Assembly: GCA_965200965.1 (NCBI GenBank)
Contig: OZ241744.1
Span: forward strand, 2,592,001 to 2,656,000
Length of the DNA: 64,000 bases
Reading direction: 5' to 3'
Source of the DNA: an uncultured Candidatus Binatia bacterium
GTDB taxonomy: Bacteria > Desulfobacterota > Binatia > Bin18
Below the pieces are notes generated by a model. It worked only from the letters and a program-made list of their open reading frames with translations, was not told the DNA's origin and made no database searches. Every line of letters begins with the position of its first letter. Positions within the stretch are counted from its first letter, which is position 1. Positions 10,254 through 19,681 of the stretch are shown here, in pieces. A program made the translations under genes and the position numbers.

Positions 10254-11136
10254 TCCATTCCCCTCGTTTCGTCTTGCGCAGCCATGCCTGGGCGAAATCC
10301 ACATAGTGGGGATTGATTTCAACCCCAACGAACGGGATGGCCATGAGCTTTGCTACCACGCATTCCGATCCAGAACCGGAGAATGGAACCAAAAGCCGCC
10401 CGCTGCTGCCGTTGATGCGGGACATCAGCAGCCTTTTGGTAAGGCGCATTGGCTTCTGGGTTGCGTGCTTCCATGTCTCGTGGTCTTGGTGCTGCCTGCT
10501 TTCCTTCGGAGGGAAGGCATCCCCGCAATCCTCGCACCAAAACCATCTCTCCTTGTTCCCCGCGCCGCCGGCCAAGGCGGGAAACTTGAGGATGTCCCTT
10601 GGCAGTGCGCCGTTCCGATGGAGCCTGTAGGTCGTCTCTTTGCCACCGCCAAAGCGGGATTTGGTGCCTGCCCGCTTCTTGCCGTCCGCCTTGAGGACTC
10701 CAGGCGTGTAGGGCTCTCTGAGTTGATCGATCTCCAAGTCCGGCTTCTTGCGCCCATTGCGCCACAGGCACAGGATCGATTCATGGCTGCGCTGCCAAAA
10801 CTTGGAGGCTGCTACGGTCTTGTTCGTGTAGTGCCATGCCAGCCAGCGCTGCCGCTCCAACGGGAACCGGACGGCGATGTGGGCCAGTATCTCCGGGAAG
10901 CCGTAGACATAGGCGATGCCGTTGGGAGTTAAGAGCTCAATGGCCCTGCTCAGCCAGGTCATCGTCCACTCGACGTACTCCGACAGTGGCATGCTGTCCC
11001 TGGTCTCCCCAAAGTCCTTGCCGATGTTGTAAGGCGGATCGGCAATCACCACATCAAACGGCTGGTCAAGTGGCAAGGCGTTCAGCCAATGCACCACGTC
11101 GCCTTGCAGAATTCTCGACCCCTGACTTACCCTCAT
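10216..11136 (-). CDS. Beta-class N6-adenine/N4-cytosine DNA methyltransferase
   Basis: ADPPY motif IV N-terminal; HATQKP and PFSGSGS motif I C-terminal. Confidence 0.93.
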   Translation of the reverse strand: MRVSQGSRILQGDVVHWLNALPLDQPFDVVIADPPYNIGKDFGETRDSMPLSEYVEWTMTWLSRAIELLTPNGIAYVYGFPEILAHIAVRFPLERQRWLAWHYTNKTVAASKFWQRSHESILCLWRNGRKKPDLEIDQLREPYTPGVLKADGKKRAGTKSRFGGGKETTYRLHRNGALPRDILKFPALAGGAGNKERWFWCEDCGDAFPPKESRQHQDHETWKHATQKPMRLTKRLLMSRINGSSGRLLVPFSGSGSECVVAKLMAIPFVGVEINPHYVDFAQAWLRKTKRGEWNVEAEPPLFAGV

Positions 11137-11173
11137 GAGGGGAGACTAACAGAGGAGGGGGCTGGGGTGCTAG

Positions 11174-11224
11174 GAGGACGAAGTGTGTCACCAGATCGCC
11201 AGGAAGGCGGCACGTTTCGTCCTT
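11174..11224. repeat. 51-bp palindromic element family 1, intergenic
   Basis: GAGG ACGAAG TGTGTCA CCAGATCGCCAG GAAGGCGGCACG TTTCGT CCTT. Confidence 0.85.
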
Positions 11225-11292
11225 GGTCTTGGCCTGAACAGAACTGGCAAGAGGTCTGAACCGGGATTCATCTGATTATGAGATTCCCGTGA

Positions 11293-12648
11293 TTACCTGC
11301 CCTGTCCCTGCTCCCCTTTTTCTTGAAGATCAGAGGTCTGTGCTGCTGCGTCACGGACGCGGATTTGGCCCGAGAGGAGCTTGGGCAGCAGGGTATCCCG
11401 GAGGGCGGCGAGGACAGCAGATTCTTGCATATTGACGACAGTCCGCCGATACAGAGGACGGACGGCGGTATCGAAAGCCAGCAGCAGGGGCCGAGGAGGA
11501 ATGAGTACCGGCAGAGGACGAAAGGTCTGTTTGCTAATCTCCGCAAAGGTCGAGCCGCCCGCAATGGCCTTGATGGCCTCCAGATGTTCAGCGCACCAGT
11601 GCAGGACATACCAATGGGAAAGCCGACCGGGACAAATCAGGGCGATGAAGCCTTGGTTGATCGCTGTGGGCACTTCGGTCATCGCCAAGTAGCCAATCGG
11701 AGCCCGAGAGGACAGCAGGACGGTTCCGACAGGGAGCAGCCCCGAGCTGATTTTTTCAAGCCCGGCGTCACTGATTTTGCGGGCGGTGTTCAGCAGGACG
11801 GGTGAGGTCAGCTTGGCGAGGTCCTTGGGTGTGGCCCAGTAATGGCGGGCGTCGTGCCAATAGGCGGGTTCTTTGGTACTTGGGGTTCCTCCCCCGACCG
11901 CCTGAGTCTCTTGACCGATTGTGGACAACTCCCACCCGGCGGGAATCGGCCCCAATGCCGAGTCTACAAAGCGATCGGGGAATAAGGCCGCTAGGGCCGG
12001 CTCCAGCCGGTCCAGATAGGCCCGGGCCACCAGCCATGCACTTCCCCCTGGAGACGCGCGTTGTGTGAGAGCGGCTTTGGCACGCACGGGGTCGAAATGG
12101 ACAAACCACGAGGTGAACAGGGCCCGGGCTATGTCGTCGAGGGTGGCGTTCATGCGCCGGTTCACCTCGATCTTGGCGTCAAGCGTACCGAGGATGTGGG
12201 CGATGGTGCGCTGCTCAGCCAGCGGCGGAACGCGGACCGGAAGGCTATAGAACGCTTCGCGGGTAGTCGAGGGGATCGCCGAGCCGCTGTCGAGGCCATT
12301 GATGTCATGGCTCAGCAATTCGTAGTAGGCCCAGCGAACATCAAATTGTACTCTTTGCTTCAGATAGAAAGCGGTGTCGATGACAAAGAACGGACCTGGG
12401 GTGTACTGAACGCCCAATGTCCCCTTACGTCCAACGATAACGCTGGGCCCAGCGTCCAGCATGTCAGTGTGCCACCCGATTGGGCCATTCGTCCCAAAAA
12501 CTGGATACTGCCCTTCTGCTGACCGATAACCGCGGAGTGCTTTGCCGTACTCAAGCGTTGCCAACTCGCCCCAGATACAGGAATGCCACGACCGGCCCGC
12601 CGTCTGATCTGTGCCTGTCACCACACGCTGCCGCGGCTCGCTCCGCAT
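11293..12648 (-). CDS. hsdS: Type I R-M specificity subunit (no hsdM/hsdR in window)
   Basis: Two TRDs with conserved spacers VPPLAEQRTIAHILGTLD, IPAGWE and LRDTLLPKLLSG. Confidence 0.93.
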   Translation of the reverse strand: MRSEPRQRVVTGTDQTAGRSWHSCIWGELATLEYGKALRGYRSAEGQYPVFGTNGPIGWHTDMLDAGPSVIVGRKGTLGVQYTPGPFFVIDTAFYLKQRVQFDVRWAYYELLSHDINGLDSGSAIPSTTREAFYSLPVRVPPLAEQRTIAHILGTLDAKIEVNRRMNATLDDIARALFTSWFVHFDPVRAKAALTQRASPGGSAWLVARAYLDRLEPALAALFPDRFVDSALGPIPAGWELSTIGQETQAVGGGTPSTKEPAYWHDARHYWATPKDLAKLTSPVLLNTARKISDAGLEKISSGLLPVGTVLLSSRAPIGYLAMTEVPTAINQGFIALICPGRLSHWYVLHWCAEHLEAIKAIAGGSTFAEISKQTFRPLPVLIPPRPLLLAFDTAVRPLYRRTVVNMQESAVLAALRDTLLPKLLSGQIRVRDAAAQTSDLQEKGEQGQGR

Positions 12649-13349
12649 CAGGAGTCCTGCGGGCCGTTTTCCTGGCGGGCCTCTTTGCGGGCCCGGCGAC
12701 CCAGGTAGCCGCCGTGGTGGAACTTGGCGTAGTCGGCCTTGGTGAAGCCCTTGCGGTCCATCAGCACCAGGGCCAGGGCGTCGCCAAGGGCCATCATGGC
12801 CGCGGTGCTTGACGAGGGGGTGAGGCCGAGCGAGCAGGCTTCTTTGACCGCGCCGATACTCAGCACCACATCGCTCTGGCGGGCTATGGGCGAGCGCGGG
12901 TGGCCGGTGATGGCGATCAGCGGCAGACTGTTGAGCGCTTTGGCCCGGCCTAGCATCTCGATGACTTCCCGCGTTTTGCCGCTGTTGGAGAAGATGATCA
13001 TCACGTCGTCGGGGCTGACGAGGCCGAGATCGCCGTGGGCGGCTTCTCCGGGGTGGAGAAAGCAGGCCGGCGTGCCGGTTGATGACAAGGTGGTGGCGGT
13101 TTTCAGGGCGATGATGCCGACCTTGCCCATGCCGGTGGTGATGACCTTGCCCTTGCAGTGCTGCAAAATCTGGACCGCACGCAGGAAATCGGCGGTGAGC
13201 GGAATGGCCCGGATGGCCTCGGCCTCGGCGGTCAGCACGGCCCGGGCCCGGACGAGTTCGGGGGGCAGGTCAAAAGCAGTGAACGTGTCATCAGATCGAC
13301 CGGAAGGCGACACATTCACTCCTCGCGGCTTGTTCTTGCGGGGCGGCAT
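12648..13349 (-). CDS. KpsF/GutQ-family SIS sugar-phosphate isomerase (no CBS domains)
   Basis: TTGMGK, HPGEAAHGDLG, SNSGKT, EAC.LGLTP and FHHGGYLG. Confidence 0.9.
   Translation of the reverse strand: MPPRKNKPRGVNVSPSGRSDDTFTAFDLPPELVRARAVLTAEAEAIRAIPLTADFLRAVQILQHCKGKVITTGMGKVGIIALKTATTLSSTGTPACFLHPGEAAHGDLGLVSPDDVMIIFSNSGKTREVIEMLGRAKALNSLPLIAITGHPRSPIARQSDVVLSIGAVKEACSLGLTPSSSTAAMMALGDALALVLMDRKGFTKADYAKFHHGGYLGRRARKEARQENGPQDS
13274..13324. repeat. 51-bp palindromic element family 1, in frame in the KpsF-like N-terminus
   Basis: Encodes RGVNVSPSGRSDDTFTAF; 41-bp core is the exact reverse complement of 15572-15612. Confidence 0.92.
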
Positions 13350-13351
13350 GG

Positions 13352-15466
13352 TCAGGTGTGGGCCTGTGCCGGCCGGCCGCCTTTGGTGCGCGATTTGCCT
13401 GGCCGTCGGGCGGTCTTTTTGGCCGCCCGACGGCTGGTGGCTGGGGTCGCCTCAGCGGCTCCGGTCGGGGCCGGCAGGCCGAGGCTGTGCTGCTCCAGGG
13501 CATGCAGATGGTTGCGCAACCGGGCGGCTTCTTCAAACTCCAGGGCGGCCGCGGCGTCCTGCATGGCCTGGCGGGTCTGGTCAATCTGTGCGGCCAACTG
13601 CTGGGCATGGTCCTGGCTGTCCTCCGCCACCGCGGGAATGTCTCCATAGTCGGCCTCGTAGACCCTGACCAGGGGCGAGGCCAGCGCTTTCTGAACGCTC
13701 TGCGGGGTGATCTTGTGCCGCGTGTTGTAGGCCGACTGAATCCGCCGCCGGCGCTGGGTCTCGTCAAGCGCCCGGCGCATGGAAACGGTGATCGTATCAG
13801 CATACATCAGGACCTGGCCGTTGACGTTCCGGGCCGCCCGGCCAATGGTCTGGATCAAGGATCGCTCGGAGCGCAGATAGCCCTCTTTGTCGGCGTCAAG
13901 AATCGCCACCAGAGATACCTCGGGGATATCCAGCCCTTCGCGCAGGAGGTTAATGCCGATCAATACGTCAAAGGTGCCGCAGCGCAGGGCGCGCAGGATT
14001 TCGACCCGCTCAATGGTGTCAATATCAGAGTGCAGATAACGGACTTTGACCCCGATGTCCTGGTAATAGTCGCTCAGGTCTTCGGCCAGCCGCTTGGTCA
14101 GGGTGGTGGCCATGACCCGCTCGCCCTGGTCTACCCGCTTGCGGATTTCTTCCAGCAGGTCGTCAACCTGGTTCCTGGCCGGGCGGACAATGACTTCGGG
14201 GTCAAGCAGGCCGGTCGGGCGGATCAATTGCTCGACAATGTGCCGCCGGCTCTTGTCCAGCTCATAGTCGCCGGGCGTGGCCGAGACATAGATGGCTTGG
14301 CCGACCTTGCGCTCAAACTCCTGAAAGCTGAGCGGGCGGTTATCAATAGCCGACGGCAGCCGAAAGCCGTATTCCACCAGGGTGGTCTTACGCGAGCGGT
14401 CGCCGCGGTACATGCCGCCGATCTGCGGAATGGTGACATGGCTCTCGTCAATGAACAGCAGGTAGTCATCAGGAAAATAATCGATCAGGGTGGAGGGCGG
14501 TTCGCCCGGCTGGCGGCCGTCCAGATGCCGGGAGTAGTTCTCAATGCCGGGGCAGAAGCCCATCTCGGCCAGCAGGGCCAAGTCGTAGCGGGTGCGTTGC
14601 TCCAGGCGTTGGGCTTCCAGTAGTCTGTTGTCGGCCCGCAGTTCCTCAAGCCGCTGATCGAGTTCGGCCTGGATCGCCGCGGCCGCGGTCCGGGTCCGGC
14701 TTGCACTGGTGACATAGTGGCTGGCCGGATAGATGGTGACTTTGTCCAGCCGGCGCGTGACCTTGCCGCGCAGCGGGTCAATTTCTGCCACTGACTCAAT
14801 GCTGTCGCCAAAGAACTCGATGCGGACGGCTCTGCTCTCTTCGTAGGCCGGGAAGACCTCAACCACATCGCCGCGCACCCGGAAGGTGCCGCGATGAAAG
14901 TCAAAATCGTTCCGCTGGTACTGGATATCGACCAGCTTGCGCAGTAGGGCATCACGGTCAACCTCGGTGTTTTCCTCGACAAACACGATCAGGTCAAAGT
15001 ACGACTCAGGCGATCCCAGGCCATAGATGCACGACACGCTGGCGACAATGATGGTGTCGCGGCGCTCCAACAGGGCCTTGGTGGCCGAGTGGCGCATTTT
15101 GTCGATCTCTTCGTTGATGGCCGCGTCTTTCTCAATATAGGTATCGCTCTGGGGGACATACGCCTCCGGCTGGTAGTAGTCGTAGTAGCTGACAAAATAG
15201 CGCACCGCGTTGTGGGGGAAGAGTTCGGCAAACTCGCTGTACAACTGGGCCGCCAGCGTCTTGTTGGGGGCGATGATGAGGGCCGGGCGGTTTGACCGGA
15301 CGATGACATGAGCCATTGAGAAGGTCTTGCCCGAGCCGGTCACGCCAAGCAGGACCTGGTGCCGGTGGGCCTGCCTGAGTCCCTCAAGCAGGGCGTCAAT
15401 CGCCTGGGGCTGGTCGCCCTGGGGCTGAAAATCCGAAACGATCTGAAATACGCCGTCCTGTCGCAT
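13352..15466 (-). CDS. uvrB: Excinuclease ABC subunit B
   Basis: [36 protein letters not shown] and C-terminal UVR domain. Confidence 0.99.
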   Translation of the reverse strand: MRQDGVFQIVSDFQPQGDQPQAIDALLEGLRQAHRHQVLLGVTGSGKTFSMAHVIVRSNRPALIIAPNKTLAAQLYSEFAELFPHNAVRYFVSYYDYYQPEAYVPQSDTYIEKDAAINEEIDKMRHSATKALLERRDTIIVASVSCIYGLGSPESYFDLIVFVEENTEVDRDALLRKLVDIQYQRNDFDFHRGTFRVRGDVVEVFPAYEESRAVRIEFFGDSIESVAEIDPLRGKVTRRLDKVTIYPASHYVTSASRTRTAAAAIQAELDQRLEELRADNRLLEAQRLEQRTRYDLALLAEMGFCPGIENYSRHLDGRQPGEPPSTLIDYFPDDYLLFIDESHVTIPQIGGMYRGDRSRKTTLVEYGFRLPSAIDNRPLSFQEFERKVGQAIYVSATPGDYELDKSRRHIVEQLIRPTGLLDPEVIVRPARNQVDDLLEEIRKRVDQGERVMATTLTKRLAEDLSDYYQDIGVKVRYLHSDIDTIERVEILRALRCGTFDVLIGINLLREGLDIPEVSLVAILDADKEGYLRSERSLIQTIGRAARNVNGQVLMYADTITVSMRRALDETQRRRRIQSAYNTRHKITPQSVQKALASPLVRVYEADYGDIPAVAEDSQDHAQQLAAQIDQTRQAMQDAAAALEFEEAARLRNHLHALEQHSLGLPAPTGAAEATPATSRRAAKKTARRPGKSRTKGGRPAQAHT

Positions 15467-15566
15467 GGCTGCGCATCGTAGCAGGAATGCCGCAGAAAGC
15501 AGAGGGTGGCCGGCCCTTGAAGGGGGACATTGCAAAACGGGCGTGCTTATGGCTGACTACGGCAGA

Positions 15567-15617
15567 GAGACGTGAATGTGTCGCCTTCCGGTCGATCTGA
15601 TGACACGTTCACGCCTT
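15567..15617. repeat. 51-bp palindromic element family 1, in the uvrB/cupredoxin divergent intergenic region
   Basis: GAGA CGTGAA TGTGTCGCCTTC CGGTCGATCTGA TGACACG TTCACG CCTT. Confidence 0.92.
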
Positions 15618-15646
15618 GACGAATCGTGCGGGAGGGAGAAGACGTG

Positions 15647-16036
15647 ATGAAACTGATGTATGGGCGGACAGTGCGTCGCGCGTTGGGGCTCAGCCTGCTT
15701 GTGTGGACTCTTGCTCAGCCCGGCGCGGCCCAGGAAGCTGGGGCTGAGCCAAAGACATTCACGGTCGTGAATGTGCTTTTTGAAGGCTCAAAGATGTTTG
15801 TGCCTTCGGTGTTGGCCGTATCCAAGGGGGATCGGGTCTCGGTCACGGTCATCAACAATATCCCCGGCGAGCCTCCCAACCACGGGTTTGCGATTCCGGC
15901 TTTCGGGGTGGAGACGGTGGTCAACCGCGGCGAGAAAAAGACGCTTGAGTTTACCGCGGACAAGGCCGGGATTTTTGATATTCAGTGCCAGTTGCACCCG
16001 GCCCACCTGCACGGGCAGTTGATCGTAGCGGAATAG
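15647..16036 (+). CDS. Exported cupredoxin-domain protein
   Basis: Signal peptide; HGF..., FTADKAG and CQLHPAH copper-ligand pattern. Confidence 0.85.
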   Translation: MKLMYGRTVRRALGLSLLVWTLAQPGAAQEAGAEPKTFTVVNVLFEGSKMFVPSVLAVSKGDRVSVTVINNIPGEPPNHGFAIPAFGVETVVNRGEKKTLEFTADKAGIFDIQCQLHPAHLHGQLIVAE

Positions 16037-16042
16037 GGCCGC

Positions 16043-17038
16043 TTATGTCCGGCCCACTTTCTGCAACAGCGCCTCGACGAGCGCATCCGGCTGTATGCCC
16101 TCGGCTTCGGCCTGAAAGTTGAGCAGACAGCGGTGTCGCAGTGCCGGCAGGGCCACATCGGCGATGTCTTCGTAGCTGACATTCACCCGCCTATCCAACA
16201 ACGCGTTGACTTTCGCCCCCAGGGTCATGGCCTGCGCACCCCGGGGGCTGGGACCAAAGCGCAGATACTGGTTGATCTCGGGCAGGGCCTCTGGATTGCC
16301 CGGGGTGGCCGAGGCAATCAGGCGGGCGATGTAGCGGTTCAGCGGCGGGGCCAGCAGGACTTCCCGGACAAGCCGCTTCAGTTCTTCCACCTTGGCCGCG
16401 GCCTGCTCTTCAGAGTTGAGCAGCGCGTGCGCCTCAGCCCGCTCGTCGGCGGTCGTCCGGTTGAGGATCTCGGTCAGTTCCTCGGTACTGGGCGGGTGAA
16501 TGATGAGCTTGAACAAAAATCGGTCGAGTTGGGCTTCGGGCAGCGGATAGGTGCCCTCAATTTCAATCGGATTCTGGGTCGCCATGACAAAAAAGGGCGG
16601 GGGCAGGCGGTGGGTCTGGCCAAACACCGAGACTTGGTGTTCCTCCATCGCCTCCAGAATGGCCGACTGGGTTTTGGGCGTGGCCCGGTTGACCTCATCG
16701 GCCAGCACAATATGGGTGAAAACCGGACCTGGTTTGAACACAAGTTCGCCGCGGCTCCCGGACAAGATTTCTGTGCCCACAATATCCGACGGCATCAGGT
16801 CGGGGGTAAACTGAATCCGCTTGGCACCTAAGGTCACCGCCTGACTTAGGGATTTCATCAGCAGGGTTTTGCCCAAGCCGGGCGCACTCTCCAGCAGGAC
16901 ATGCCCTCCAGCAAAAAAGGCTGTCAGCACCTTGCTCACAATCTCGCGATTGCCGACAATAACGCGCCCGACCTCCTCCTCCAGCGCGCTGAAGAACTGA
17001 CAAAAGCGCCCGATTCGATCTTCGTCTGCCTGGATCAT
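16043..17038 (-). CDS. MoxR family AAA+ ATPase
   Basis: APGLGKT, RIQFTPDLMPSD, DEVNRATPKTQSA and EGTYPLPEAQLDRF. Confidence 0.95.
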   Translation of the reverse strand: MIQADEDRIGRFCQFFSALEEEVGRVIVGNREIVSKVLTAFFAGGHVLLESAPGLGKTLLMKSLSQAVTLGAKRIQFTPDLMPSDIVGTEILSGSRGELVFKPGPVFTHIVLADEVNRATPKTQSAILEAMEEHQVSVFGQTHRLPPPFFVMATQNPIEIEGTYPLPEAQLDRFLFKLIIHPPSTEELTEILNRTTADERAEAHALLNSEEQAAAKVEELKRLVREVLLAPPLNRYIARLIASATPGNPEALPEINQYLRFGPSPRGAQAMTLGAKVNALLDRRVNVSYEDIADVALPALRHRCLLNFQAEAEGIQPDALVEALLQKVGRT

Positions 17039-18519
17039 TCTGTCCTGGGGTCAGCATCGTCTACCGCATTGAGAAGCGGACGGTACTCCAGGGGGATCGG
17101 CTGGCGTACCCGCGCTGGGCCGCGCTGCCGGTCCGTGAGCGGGGCGTTGCTGTACGGTGTTCTGGGCCGGGCTGGGCTGGTATTGGCCGTGCGTTGCCAG
17201 GTGTCGCTCCGGGCCACCTCTCCGACCGGTACCCGGACTTTGACAAAGCGCGCGTCTCTGGTCAGAAAACCGCCCGGTTTTTCTCCAGCCTGGACACGGG
17301 CTTTTCCTTGGCTTGGGCCTTTGCCGCCGCCCTGCCCTTTGGGGCCGGCCCGGTTGGGGTCGGACTGGGGACCGGGCGTATTTCTGTCCGGTCGGTGTCG
17401 CTCCCCGGGGATATTCGGGTCGTCTCCTTGGGCGCGCTGGGTGGGGGCGTGTCGGGGCGACACACCCCTCGCCCCGTCTGCCTGTTGCTCAGCCGGGGGT
17501 TGCTGTTGGCCGTGCCGCTCTGTCTGCTCAAATTGAATACCGCCACCCTGTTGGGACGGCTTGTGGTTCTGATCGCCCTCTGACGGCCCGGCATCCCGCG
17601 GCTGTTGGCCGGCTTGGGTCCCCTCGGCCGCGGAGGAAGGTGTGTTGAGTCCCTCGGACTGTTTGGCGAGGTCCTGTTTCTGATTGCCGCCCGCCCCGTC
17701 ATTCCGGCCCTCAGCAACAAACAACTTCAGGTCAATTGGCAGCAGTTGCGGTAGCCGGATATCCAGTGTAATACGCTGCTCAGCCTCCTCAATCAGGCGT
17801 TCTTTCTGGCGGCGGCTCAGACCCGGCATCCTGAGTTGCTCAACCAGGGCGACAAGTTCGGTGCCGGCCGCTTGCTCCTGTGGCGTGTTGCCCTGAGCCG
17901 CCAGCTCACGCGTCTTTTTTTCGAGTTCGGCCAGGGACTCGGATGAGGGGTCGAGGCTGGGAGAGAGCCGTGCCGAAATGGGCTGAGGCTGAGGCCGCGG
18001 CCAGAACAGGCCCAGGGCGACGGCCACACACAGGCCGGACACCAGCAGGCCGATTGGCACACGCCTGTCCAGCTGGAAGGGTACCTCCCGTTCTGGAACA
18101 AAAAACGCCGCCCGTCTGGCCGTGTCACGCTGGAGAAAGAGCGCCATGTGGTCTGGAGGCTGAGCGAGGGTTACCAGGGTCAGAAAGCGCTCTTTGCTCA
18201 GCGTTTTTTCGTCCAGCAGCGCGGCCGCGGTCTCGTGGCTCATGTGGACGTGACGCAGGGTCTTCCAGAAGAAGAAAGCCCACCCTCCGAGGGGACCGAG
18301 CAACAGGGTGAGCGGCCAGGACAAGCTCACCAGCGTCAATGAACCGCCCAGCCCAAGTGCCAGCCCCAGGGGCAGAAAAAAGCTCAGGATGTTGAGATAG
18401 CGGTGCCGACGGAGGCGCTGAGCCGTCCTGTTGATAACGCCGGGAATCATGACCTCCTTGTGATCGCTGTTGTCACGATTCCCGGTGTGGGCCGGAGGCG
18501 GGCGGCTGGGGTCTTGCAC
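17035..18519 (-). CDS. Membrane protein with coiled-coil and G/Q/P-rich tail (MoxR-associated hypothetical)
   Basis: 3 TM-like segments, low-complexity tail, IPLEYR C-terminus; overlaps the MoxR start by 4 nt. Confidence 0.75.
   Translation of the reverse strand: MQDPSRPPPAHTGNRDNSDHKEVMIPGVINRTAQRLRRHRYLNILSFFLPLGLALGLGGSLTLVSLSWPLTLLLGPLGGWAFFFWKTLRHVHMSHETAAALLDEKTLSKERFLTLVTLAQPPDHMALFLQRDTARRAAFFVPEREVPFQLDRRVPIGLLVSGLCVAVALGLFWPRPQPQPISARLSPSLDPSSESLAELEKKTRELAAQGNTPQEQAAGTELVALVEQLRMPGLSRRQKERLIEEAEQRITLDIRLPQLLPIDLKLFVAEGRNDGAGGNQKQDLAKQSEGLNTPSSAAEGTQAGQQPRDAGPSEGDQNHKPSQQGGGIQFEQTERHGQQQPPAEQQADGARGVSPRHAPTQRAQGDDPNIPGERHRPDRNTPGPQSDPNRAGPKGQGGGKGPSQGKARVQAGEKPGGFLTRDARFVKVRVPVGEVARSDTWQRTANTSPARPRTPYSNAPLTDRQRGPARVRQPIPLEYRPLLNAVDDADPRTE
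17441..17470. repeat. Short REP-like hairpin inside the low-complexity CDS tail
   Basis: GTGGGGGCGTGTCG-GGG-CGACACACCCCTC. Confidence 0.4.
18437..18488. repeat. ~52-bp palindromic element family 2, in frame near the CDS 5' end
   Basis: ACGCCGGGAATCATGAC...GTCACGATTCCCGGTGT; encodes TGNRDNSDHKEVMIPG; 30 bp identical (inverted) to the 19707 copy. Confidence 0.9.
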
Positions 18520-18528
18520 GGATCTGTC

Positions 18529-19560
18529 CTAAGAGCGGCTGGGGGAGCGGTATCTTTGAAAACGCCGGACAGCCCGATTGTGCTCGGCCAGGCTGGATGA
18601 AAAATGATGGGTGCCATCGCCGCGAGCCACAAAGTACAGGTAGTCGGTGTCTGCCGGGTAGAGGGCAGCCCGCAGGGCAGCCAGGCCGGGGCTGGCGATC
18701 GGGCCGGGCGGCAGGCCCCGGATCACATAGGTGTTATACGGCGTTGGCGTGCGCAGGTGATGACGGGTGAGATTGCCGTCAAAGTTCTCGATGCCATAGA
18801 TAACGGTCGGGTCGCACTGGAGCCGGATGCCCCTGCGGAGCCGATTATGAATCACCGCGGCGATCAGCGGGCGTTCGGCAGCCTGGCCGGTCTCTTTTTC
18901 AATAATTGAGGCCAGCGTCACCACCTCGTGCAGGCTCAGCCCAAGCTCGGCCGCCCGCCGAGCTTGGGCCAAGTCCCAGGCGGCATAAAAACGGGCGATC
19001 ATGCGGCCCAGGATATCCCGGGCCGAGGCGTGGGCCGAGAACTGATAGGTGGCCGGGTAGAGGTAGCCTTCGAGGCTGTTGGCCGGCAGTCCCCAGTCGG
19101 CCAGAAACCCAGGGTCGGCATTCAGACACAGAAAACTCTCCACCGTCCCAAACCCCTGCCGTTCCAGCAACTGCGCGATCTGAGCCAGGTTGAATCCCTC
19201 TGGAATAGTGACGGTCCGGCGCACGAGTTGGCCCCGGTTCAGCCGGTTGAGCAGAGCCAGCGGAGACAGCGACCCGACAAAGACGTATTCGCCGTGCTTG
19301 ATGTGTCTGTCCATGCCGCTCAGGCGGGCCCACAGGCGAAAGACCCAGACCTGACTGAGCAGCCCTTCGGCGTGCAGATGCCGGGCAATTGCTTTCAATG
19401 ACGAGCCGCTTTGGACAAAGAAACGAACCGGCTGGTGCAGCGGTGGCTCCGGTGTGACCAAGGCACGATGGCCAAACCAGGCAACACTCCCACCGAGCAG
19501 GAGCGGCACAAGCAGGATGGCCAGAAACAGGTGGCGCTTTCCCCGCTTGCCTGTCCGCAT
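18529..19560 (-). CDS. mltG: Endolytic transglycosylase MltG
   Basis: TIPEG, LEGYLYPATY, LASIIEKET, LQCDPTVIY and YNTY..GLPPGPI. Confidence 0.96.
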   Translation of the reverse strand: MRTGKRGKRHLFLAILLVPLLLGGSVAWFGHRALVTPEPPLHQPVRFFVQSGSSLKAIARHLHAEGLLSQVWVFRLWARLSGMDRHIKHGEYVFVGSLSPLALLNRLNRGQLVRRTVTIPEGFNLAQIAQLLERQGFGTVESFLCLNADPGFLADWGLPANSLEGYLYPATYQFSAHASARDILGRMIARFYAAWDLAQARRAAELGLSLHEVVTLASIIEKETGQAAERPLIAAVIHNRLRRGIRLQCDPTVIYGIENFDGNLTRHHLRTPTPYNTYVIRGLPPGPIASPGLAALRAALYPADTDYLYFVARGDGTHHFSSSLAEHNRAVRRFQRYRSPSRS

Positions 19561-19681
19561 AGCAAAAGACACTACCATTCCCCGCTCTGCAACACAATCT
19601 CGGCGGCCGCGGTCGTTCTTGACATTCCTGTCTGGGGCTGGCAAGCTTGGCTGTATTCTCCACCGGGGGGCTGAATACGAG

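Noticed and set aside
11261-11292. CGGGATTC...GATTCCCG hairpin after hsdS as a family 2 copy
   Set aside because: Only a short arm matches; could be a simple terminator-like stem.
15755-15774. Palindrome ACATTCACG-GT-CGTGAATGT in the cupredoxin gene
   Set aside because: Encodes an ordinary beta-strand (TFTVVNV) with no apparent insertion; likely chance.
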